Source: Malacoraja senta (Eukaryota). From it: DNA of 32,388 nt. Location of the stretch: positions 1 to 32,388 of the forward strand of contig JAXLNO010000417.1 in assembly GCA_038087875.1 (NCBI GenBank). Direction: 5' to 3'. The position numbers and the translations under genes are program-made. A model generated the notes under the pieces. It ran no database searches and was not told where the DNA came from. It was given only the letters and a program-made list of their open reading frames with translations. Of this stretch, positions 21,843-30,164 are shown in pieces (positions within the stretch are counted from its first letter, which is position 1; each line of letters begins with the position of its first letter).

Positions 21843-22043
21843 GTAGACAAAAATGCTGGAGAAACATCAGCGGGGAGGCAGCGTCTATGGAGCGAAGGAA
21901 ATAGGCAACGTTTTGGGTCTGAAGAAGGGTCACGACCTGAAACGTTGCCTATTTCCTTCGCTCCAGAGATGCTGCCTCACCCGCTGAGTTTCTCCAGCGT
22001 TTTTGTCTACCTTCGATTTTCCAGCATCTGCAGTTCCTTCCTA
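21843..22043. mobile_element. PLE fold-back mini-element with a central hammerhead core and a 14-bp TSD
   Basis: AACACTTTGAGCAG (21829-21842) and AACACTTTGAACAG (22044-22057); GGGT-CTGAAGA-A-GGGT-CACG-ACCT-GAAA-CG-TT-GCCT at 21915-21950. Confidence 0.8.
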
Positions 22044-22303
22044 AACACTTTGAACAGAATCTTTTATTGAATGCACAGATTATTTTACCCAGTGTGGGGG
22101 AATCAAGAACCAAGAGGACATAGTTTATGGTGAGAGGGGAAAGGGTTATTTGTATCTATATGTATGCACTGTGGACAGCTTGATTGCATTCGTATGTGGT
22201 CTTCTCTTTGACTGCATAGCACGCAAATGAGAGCTTTTCACTGTACCTCTGAACACGTGACAATAATAGACAAAACGCTCCGGGCAAAAGACTCTGTCCA
22301 GCC

Positions 22304-22605
22304 ACGGTGACGCAGGGGTAGAGTTGCTGCCTCACAGCGTCAGAGACCCGGGTTCAATCCTGACTACGGGTGCTGTCTGTAGGGAGTTTGTACGTTCTCC
22401 CCGTGACCTGCGTGGGTTTTCTCCGAGATCTCCGGTTTCCTCCCGCTCTCCAAAGATGTACAGGTTTGTGGGCTAATTGACTTGGTATAAATTGTCCCTA
22501 GTGTGTGTGTGTAGGATAGTGTTAATGTGCGGGGATCGCCGGTCGGTGCGGACTCCGTGCCCGAGGCGTTCTGCATCCGCGCTGTATCTCTAAATCAAAC
22601 TAAAC
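22304..22605 (+). mobile_element. tRNA-derived SINE, full length
   Basis: Head cacggtgacgcaggggtagagttgctgcc; tail ctctaaatcaaactaaac. Confidence 0.88.
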
Positions 22606-22609
22606 CCAT

Positions 22610-22982
22610 TTCTTGATTAGTACGGGTGTCGGGAGGAGGCAGGAGAATGGCGTCAGGAGGGAGAGATAGATCGGCCACGATGGAATGGCGGAGTAGACTT
22701 GATGGGCCGAATGGCCTAATTCTGCTCCTATCACATGAGCTTATGACCTTAAACGGTCACGGTGGCGCAGCAGTAGAGTTGCTGCCTTACAGCAAAATGC
22801 AGCGCCAGAGACCCGGGTTCGATCCCGACTACGGGTGCTGTCTGTACGGAGTTTGTACGCTCTCCCCGTGACCTGCGTGGGTTTTCTCCGAGAACTTTGG
22901 TTTCCTCCCACACTCCAAAGATGTACGGGTATGTAGGTTAATTGGCTTGTTAATTGGCTTGATTAAAATGTTAAATTGTCCA
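22610..22982 (+). mobile_element. CR1 3' UTR fragment (22610-22748) followed by a 3'-truncated SINE (22758-22982)
   Basis: gaatggcggagtagacttgatgggccgaatggcc; SINE box B GGTTCGATCCC. Confidence 0.82.
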
Positions 22983-23588
22983 AGTTGGCGATATGCAGAG
23001 TACTGGCCTGCCGACTACAAAATTCAGAAGGTACAGAAGGTAAACTAAACTGGTTATCTAAAAGCCCATCCATCAATGATAGACGAATTAAAGGTGGAAA
23101 GTTCGAGAGGCGAGCGGTTAGAGGAAAAATGCACAAAATCCTCTGACTTTTCCGGCTGCAGAATATAAAAGTGCGTGTGCACTTTCATACTAACATCTCC
23201 TAAACGATCCCTTGTGATTTTTCAAGCAAACCTGACCAAAGCTGCGGTGGATTCCTGTCATCAATACTTCACTGCCTCAAGTAACATCAAATGTTACCCC
23301 TACCAATTCTGCATCGCTCTATATACAGCTCATAGTCAATAGGATTCACCTCTATAACAAAAATAGTCGAACAGGACATTTTGGGGGGACATTAAAGAAA
23401 AAAAGTCTTATCTTCCATAAGGGACTAGGGGAGAATAAGTGTTCGGCACGGACTAGAAGGGCCGAGATGGCCTGTTTCCGTGCTGTAATTGTTATATGGT
23501 TCCACTAAACTGCAGAGTCGGAAGGATTATATTGCTTAATTATAATAGGCGAATAAAGAGTCTATTAATTATATATCTTCTGCTTACT

Positions 23589-23860
23589 GGCACAGTGGCG
23601 CAGCGGTGGAGTTGCTGCCTTACAACGCCAGAGACCCGGGTTCGATCCAGACTACGGGTGCTGTCTGAACGGAGTTTGTTTGTTTTCCCGTGACCTGCGT
23701 GGGTTTTCTCCGAGATCTTAGGTTTCCTCCGACACTCCAAAGACCTGGGTTAATTGGCTTGGTGTAAATGTAAAATTGTCCCTGGTGTGTGTAGGATGGT
23801 GTCAGTGTGCGGGGATCGCTGGTCAGCGCAGACTCGGTGGGCTGAACGGCCTGTGTCCAC
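23589..23860 (+). mobile_element. tRNA-derived SINE
   Basis: ggcacagtggcgcagcggtggagttgctgcc...gggttcgatcc. Confidence 0.87.
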
Positions 23861-24128
23861 TAACTTCATCAAACATTAAACTTGAAACTAGGTCACACAT
23901 TACCAATTAGCAAAGTGTTTCGGAAAGAACTGCAGATGCTGGTTTAAATCAAAGGTAGACACAAAATGCTGGAGTAACTCGCCCCGAAATGTCACCTATT
24001 CCTTCTCTCCAGAGATGCTGCCTCACCCGCTGCGTTACTCCAGCATTTTGTGTTTATCTTTAGCTTGTCTGTAAACAGATGTGAAGTGACGTGCTATTTG
24101 CTGACACCTGTGGAAGTGATAAGGAAAT

Positions 24129-24282
24129 GTTTAAGCAAGAACCGCAGATGCTGGAAAAATCGACGGTAGACAAAAATGCTGGAGAAACTCAGCGGGTGAG
24201 GCAGCATCTATGGAGCGAAGGAAATAGGTCGCCCCATAGATGCTGCCTCACCCGCTGAGTTTCTCCAGCATTTTTGTCTACC
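24129..24282. mobile_element. PLE fold-back mini-element with a 15-bp TSD
   Basis: AAGTGATAAGGAAAT (24114-24128) and AAGTGATATGGAAAT (24283-24297); inverted arms of about 48 bp. A similar fold-back lies at about 23916-24062. Confidence 0.8.
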
Positions 24283-24381
24283 AAGTGATATGGAAATATC
24301 ATTTGAGTGGCGGTTGATGTAAAATGTCCAGGGAAGGGTTTGATCCTTTGTAAAATATGATTTCAGAGTTTATTGTGCCTT

Positions 24382-25033
24382 ATGGAATTCTCTGCCTCAG
24401 AGGCGGTGGAGGCAGGTTCTCTGGATGCTTTCAAGAGAGAGCTAGATAGGGCTCTTAAAAATAGCAGAGTCAGGGGATATGGGGAGAAGGCAGGAACGGG
24501 GTACTGATTGGGGATGATCAGCCATGATCACATTGAATGGCGGTGCTGGCTCGAAGGGCCGAATGGCCTACTCCTGCACCTATGGCCTATTGTCTATTAT
24601 CATTAATAGAACCTGTTCTTTGATAAGGCATGGTGGCGCAGTGGTAGAGTTGCTGCCTTGCAGCGCCAGAGCCCCGGGTTCGATCCCGACCACGGGTGCT
24701 GTCTGTACAGAGTTTGTACGTTCTGCCCGTGACCTGCGTGGGTTTTATCCGAGATCTGCGGTTTCCTCCCGCCCTCCAAAAGACGTGCGGGTTTGTAGGT
24801 TAATTGGCTTGGTATAAGTGAAAAATGGAAAATTGTCCCTAGTGTCGGAGATCTTCAGTTTCCTCCCACACCCTTAAAGACGTGCAGGTAAATTGGCTCG
24901 GTATGAATGTAACTTGTCCCTAGTGTGTGTGGGATAGTGTTAGTGTGCGCGGTGATGGTGGTCGGCGCGGACTCGGTGGGCCGAAGGGCCTGTTTCCACA
25001 CTGTATCTCTAAACTAAACTAAACTAAACTAAA
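24382..25033 (+). mobile_element. CR1 3' fragment (24382-24598) and a SINE with an internal duplication (24628-25033)
   Basis: The CR1 part matches 490-703; the SINE repeats its gagatc...gtttcctccc...aaagacgtgc...ttgtccctagtgt block; (CTAAA)n tail. Confidence 0.82.
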
Positions 25034-25424
25034 ATGCTTTCCCATCCCATTAGCCACTGCACTATTTCCATTGGAAACCAATTGGCGGTTCCAGTGGAGA
25101 GAAGCTATTCTAACTTGCGTAAGGCTTGTAATAGCTGCCTGGAGAATGTAACATTAGATCTTTCAGTGGGACAAGAACTCTCGGCTGGAGATATTTTCAC
25201 AGGTGTATGTCCAACTGGCGGGCACTATGGACTGGCATTATTCCTACACCCAGATATTGGTCTTGGCACACTGGACATTAGCACTGGCCAGAACTCCAGT
25301 CTCAGCTGCTGTCAAACCTCTGACCCACTAAAGCTCAGGAATCCGCAGCAGCCTCAGTATTGCCTCTCCTTCGCTGGTCTCATCGCCAGCTGTTTTGCCA
25401 GTGGACCCAACCTGAAGAAAATAC

Positions 25425-26042
25425 AAGAAGATAGACACAGAGTGCTGGAGTAACTCTGCGGGACAGGCAGCATCTCCGGAGAGAAGGAACGAGAGACGTT
25501 TCGGGTCGAGACCCTTCTGCGGAAGAAATGTGCGGGTAGGAACTGCAGATGCTGCTTTATACCCGGAGGTAGACGCAAAATACATCTGAATTCAGCTCGT
25601 GTGCATTGACAAACAGCCTGAAGAAGGGTCCCGACCCGAAACGTCGCCTATCCACGTCCTCCAGAGGTGCTGCCTGACCCACTGAGCTGCTCCAGCACTT
25701 GGTGATCCGCACAAGATTCCAGTATCCAGAAACCTTCCATATCTCTAGACCCCCTCTCCCCAAAATCTCAGTCCGAAGAGGGGGTCTCGACCCGAAACGT
25801 CACCCATTCCTTCTCTCCAGAGATGCTGCCTGTCCCGCCGAGTTACTCCAGCTTTTTGTGTCTATTCCCAGTGTCTGTACTTCCTTGCGTCTCCGTATCA
25901 AAATGATTTCTTTGGACTTAGATATTTTGAACATGATTTTCCATGCCTGGTTTATGAGGCGTACTCTTAGTTAAATACCAAACATTGGAGGAACTCAGTG
26001 GGTCAGGCAGAATCCCTGGAGAACTTGGATTGGTGATGTCAT
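25425..26042. mobile_element. Cluster of several PLE termini in both orientations
   Basis: Hammerhead-like cores at about 25495-25520(-), 25618(+) and 25773(+, mutated), each with gatgctgcctg.ccc.c.gag.t.ctccagc. Confidence 0.7.
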
Positions 26043-26044
26043 CA

Positions 26045-26393
26045 GGTCACATGGAATAGTAGAATTAGGCCATTCGGCCCATCAAGTCTACTCCGCCAAT
26101 CAATCTCTCCCTCCTAACCCCATTCTCCTGCCTTCTCCCCATAACCTCCGACGCCCGTTCTAAACCAGAATCTATCTATCTCTGCCTAAAAATGTCCACT
26201 GACTTGGCCTCCACAGCCTTCTGTGGCAAAGAATTCCACAGATTCACCACCCTCTGGCTAAAGGGGTTTCTCCTCACCTCCTCTCTAAAAGAGCGCCCTT
26301 TCATTCTGAGGCTGTGACCTCTGCCCCTAGACTCTCCCACCAGTGGAAACATCCTCTCCACATCCACTCTTATCTATGCCTTTCACTATTCTG
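26045..26393 (-). mobile_element. CR1-type LINE 3' fragment
   Basis: ORF 26176-26367(-) reads RMFPLVGESRGRGHSL...FSQRVVNLWNSLPQ. Confidence 0.88.
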
Positions 26394-26470
26394 TAATGCA
26401 CAGACTCTGTATGTCTGTGGATAATGGTCAGGCAAGGTGTCGGAATGGGACCCTTCTTTGGACTGATTCT

Positions 26471-26889
26471 ACACTTCAGTTCCCCCCTACACTCTCCATG
26501 ATGTGGACCATTCCCCCCGCCACGTCTACCATGTCATCCCGTGCTACCCGCTCCATGGTCGGATAGTCGGCGACTAAACCGTCTCCCCCACCTGGTTTGC
26601 CAGGTGAGGAGGGGGGCTGTGGACCCCCAGCAGGACCAAAGACAAGAGCTCCTAGCGAGCTAACGGCCGTCCACACTTCAGTAGAAGTTGCGATCACTGT
26701 CGTACACGGCATTGTAAGGAATGATGATAAAGCACACACACACCAACATCCTATACTTCCAGCGGCGGAAGTCCGCAGGAACTGGAGGACGGAGATGTGT
26801 GGTGCGTCCGTCACCGTTCCCGTCGGAAACCAGCGCCACTGCGTCGCTAATGTTTTCAACGATGATGGATGAATGAATGAATGAATGAA
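26471..26889 (+). mobile_element. Unclassified short retroposon (possibly non-autonomous RTE-like) with a structured 5' half and (GAAT)n tail
   Basis: CpG-rich relative to its flanks, several hairpins at 26500-26630, microsatellite tail at 26861-26889. The family assignment is inference only. Confidence 0.45.
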
Positions 26890-26934
26890 GAATCAGACTC
26901 AATATCATGGTCTCTCTCGTCAACCCTTGCCAAA

Positions 26935-27127
26935 GCCGGTGTCTCAAGGACCAGCGTGGGGTTTTGGCACGTTGCCTAACAAAGACACAAGCATGATCTC
27001 CAGTCTCTGCTGACGTGACGCTGGGATGTGGTTCATGTCAGCAGAGACTGAAGATCATGCGTGTGTCTTTGTTAGGCAACGTGCCAAAACCCCCACGCTG
27101 GCCCACGCTGGTCCTTGAGACACCGGC
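26935..27127. repeat. 193-bp near-perfect palindrome (MITE-like)
   Basis: GCCGGTGTCTCAAGGACCAGCGTGGG...TGCTGACGTGA, a loop of about 14 nt, then TCATGTCAGCA...CCCACGCTGGTCCTTGAGACACCGGC. Confidence 0.9.
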
Positions 27128-27481
27128 GGGTGGAGCTGCTGCCTCACAGCGCTAGAGAACCGGGTTTGATCCAGACCTCGGGTGGGTGCTGTCTGTATGG
27201 AGTTTGCGCATTCTCCTTATGACCACTTGGGTTTCCTCCACATCCCAAAGACATGCAGGTTTGTAGGTTAATAACAATAATGTATTTTATTGTCATTGCA
27301 CAGAGGTACAACGAGATTTGGTATGCAGCTTCCATCCGATGTAATAACTTAATTAACTAATTAGCTTAATTAATTACTTAATTGACACTCTGTAAATCGT
27401 CCCCAGTGTGTAGGATAGAACTAGTGTGAATGGGTGATCGATGGGAGTGGGCTTGGTGGGCGAAAGGCCTGTTGTATCTCT
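27128..27481 (+). mobile_element. tRNA-derived SINE (divergent variant) interrupted at about 27271-27375 by a short - strand LINE tail and AT-rich filler
   Basis: ggtggagctgctgcctcacagcg...gggtttgatcc...ggtttgtaggttaat, insert, then taattg...gggcgaaaggcctgttgtatctct. Confidence 0.7.
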
Positions 27482-27486
27482 TGGCC

Positions 27487-28160
27487 ATAGATACATAGAC
27501 AATCGGTGCAGGAGTAGGCCATTCGGCCCTTCGAGCCAGCACTGCCATTCAATGTGATCATGGCTGATCATCCAAAATCAGTACCCCGTTTCTGCTTTTT
27601 CCCCATTGTCCCACTGCGCGAGGCAATTCAAGAGTTCTCCCGAGTTTCCCCTGATTCGAACTCGGAGAATTACGGTAATAGCCGCTCGTAGGTACCCGGG
27701 GCTCTCGTGGATATTTTTCAACATGTTGAAAAATCTTCACGAGCTTACCGCGTTTCCCGAGTACCTGCCGTTAGCGTTACGAGCCGCTAAGAGACGTCTC
27801 GAGCTCCGACCTACACGCTACGTGAATTCTACATACTTACCACAAGTTTGACTTTTTTTTTAAACTCGGGAGAGCTCTTGGGTAAACTCGTATAGTGGGA
27901 CAGGCCCATTAGCCCTAAGAGCTCTATCTAACTCTCTTTTGAATGCATCCAGTGAATTGGCCTCCACTGCCTTCTGAGGCAGAGAATTCCACAGATTCAC
28001 AACTCTCTAGGTGAAAACGTTTTTCCTCGTCTCCGTTCTAAATGGCCTACCCCTTATTCTTAAACTGTGACCCCTGGTTCTGGACTCCCCCAACATCGGA
28101 AACATGTTTCCTGCCTCTAGCATGTACAATCCCTTAATAATTTGATATGTTTCTATAAGA
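27487..28160 (-). mobile_element. CR1-type LINE 3' fragment interrupted by a MITE
   Basis: 3' UTR at 27487-27605; ORF2 end at 27909-28160. Confidence 0.85.
27607..27908. mobile_element. PIF/Harbinger-type MITE, family B (left TIR clipped)
   Basis: TGTCCCACTG...AGTGGGACAGGCCCA followed by TTA; the interior matches 19348-19669. Confidence 0.75.
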
Positions 28161-28230
28161 ATGCTGTATCTCTAAACTAAACCAAACTAATTTGCAAGCG
28201 ACATAATCTGTCTGTATCATTAAATGCATC

Positions 28231-28663
28231 AAGTGTCTAAGAAAGAACTGCAGATGCTGGTTAAAATCGAAGGAAGACACAAAATGCTGGAGGAATGGGC
28301 CTGTCCCACTTTCACGACCTAATTCAAGACCTCCGCCGAGTTTGCCCTTGACTCATACTCGCAGCATAGTTGACACTCGAGGTCGTAGGAGGTCGTAGGT
28401 AGGTCGTAGGTACACGTGGCATCAAGTAGGTCGGGGCATTTTTTCAACAGGATGGAAAATGTCCACGAGTAAAAAAGGTCGTGAATTAGGTCGTGAAAGT
28501 TGGACAGGGCCTTAACTCAGCGGGACAGGCAGCAACGCAGGTGAGAAGGTACAAAATGCTGGAGTCTGAAGAAGGGTCTCGACCCGAAACGTCGCCCATT
28601 CCTTCTCTCCTGAGATGCTGCCTGTCCCGCTGAGTTACTCCAGCATTTTGTGTCTACCTTCAG
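28231..28663. mobile_element. PLE composite with an intact hammerhead core at 28566, hosting a MITE
   Basis: Flanked by TAAATGCATC (28221-28230 and 28664-28673); CTGAAGAAGGGTCTCGACCCGAAACGTC. Confidence 0.72.
28296..28512. mobile_element. PIF/Harbinger-type MITE, internal family C
   Basis: TGGGCCTGTCCCACTTTCACGACCTAATTCA and TGAATTAGGTCGTGAAAGTTGGACAGGGCCT; internal (GGTCGTAGG)x3; flanks GAA and TAA. Confidence 0.75.
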
Positions 28664-28988
28664 TAAATGCATCTGCAGTTCCTTGAGTCTTCAAATTCCT
28701 AGGAGCTGCATTTTTGAGAGCACAACAGCGAGGCAAATGAATATATTCTAAATTATCAGTTCATCGAGGCAAACCAGACCATGAGAAGTGCAAGTGAAAG
28801 CATACAGTGGGCCAGAGCCCATAGTAATTTGGTGCCAAGCTTGGGTTGTGGTTAATAATTAGTTAATAATTAGTTAATAACAATTAATAATTAGGTGTTG
28901 TGCCGGCTGGTTCAGGAGCCCGATAGTTTGTGGGCTGTAGCTGGTCTTGAACCCAGAGGTCATGGTTCTCAGGCTCATGTACCTTCTG

Positions 28989-29822
28989 AAAGGCCTGGAT
29001 AGAGTGGATGCGGAGAGGATGTTTCCACAATATGGAGAGTCAAGGACTCTAGTCACAGCCTCAGAATTAGAGGACGTTCCTTTAGGGAGGAGATGAGGAG
29101 GAATTTTTTTAAATATTTTATTTATTAGAAGTATTGTACATTGCAGTGATATCAAGCAATAATAACATAATACATTTCTTGTACCAGTTCTTATTTTAAA
29201 CTTTAAAAAGAAGAAAGATAGAGAGAGTTAGCAAAGATAGTGAGTGAGTGAAAGAGTGGTCCAGAGAAACCCGTAACCATATAACCATATAACCATAACA
29301 GCACGGAAACAGGCCATCTCGGCCCTTCAAGTCCGTGCCGAACATTTAAACCATAAACCACGAGAAAGAGTTAAACAGAAAACCAAAGAAGAAGAAAGAG
29401 AAAAATAGAGAACAGAAGAAAGTAAGATAAGACAAGATAAAAGGGATGTGCCTATTTCGTATCTTTACACACCCCTCACCAGGTCCTGAAACCATTTATT
29501 TTCAACGTTATGTTGCACCCTCTGCTTGTAATAAGTCGATAAATGGAGACCAAACCTTTTGGAAATAAGAGGAGGAATTTCTTTAGTCAGAGGGTGGTGA
29601 ATCCGTGGAATTCTTTGCCACAGGAGGCTGTGGAGGCCAAGTCAGTGGATGTTTTCAAGGCAGAGATTGATAGATTCTTGATTAGTGCTGGTGTCAGGGA
29701 TTATGGGGAGAAGGCAGGAGGATGGGGTTAAGAGGGAAAGATGGATTAGCCATGATTGAATGGCGGAGTGGACTTAATGGGCCGAATGGCCTAATTCTGC
29801 TCCTGTCACTTATGAACTGATG
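28989..29822 (+). mobile_element. CR1-type LINE 3' fragment split by an L1
   Basis: aaaggcctggatagagtggatg...gaggaggaattt, the L1, then gaggaggaatttctttagtcagagggtggtgaat...3' UTR. Confidence 0.87.
29107..29568 (-). mobile_element. L1-clade LINE 3' end related to 14218-15753, containing a CR1 3' tail at about 29274-29346(-)
   Basis: TSD GAGGAGGAATTT (29095-29106 and 29569-29580); tttattagaagtattgtacatt and taataagtcgataaatggagaccaaa are reverse complements of the first L1. Confidence 0.85.
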
Positions 29823-30164
29823 AGCTATGGTCTTCTTCTTGTTTGCAGTGAGTTGAGAGCGTGGCCAGGGTGGTGTGGGTCTTTGATGATATTAGCTGTC
29901 TCTCCTGAGACTTTCCACTCCGTGACATCAGTCTGAGGAAGGGTCTCGACCCGAAACGTCACCCATTCCTTCTCTCCAGAGATGCTGCCTGTCCCGCTGA
30001 GTTACTCCAGCATTTTGTGTCTATCTACCTGAGGCAACTCTTCATGTACATACAGCACAGGAACAGGCCCTACAGCCCACAATGTCTGTGCTGACCATAA
30101 AGCCAAGTTAAACTAATCTTCTCTTCCACAGCATCTTGGTTATTTTGAAGTCGTCTTTACTATA

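Larger units (their letters stand above)
28893..29910 (-). mobile_element. Rex1/Babar-like LINE fragment (28893-28988 and about 29832-29910) split by nested insertions
   Basis: The - strand encodes ANIIKDPHHPGHALNSLQ on one side and RRYMSLRTMTSGFKTSYSPQTIGLLN on the other. Confidence 0.7.

Noticed and set aside
25034..25453. 139-aa ORF in apparently unique DNA
   Set aside because: It starts at a SINE tail and ends in a PLE, has no recognisable motif, and an acceptor-like ttttcacag at 25202 has no convincing donor. The NKD1 exons join without it.
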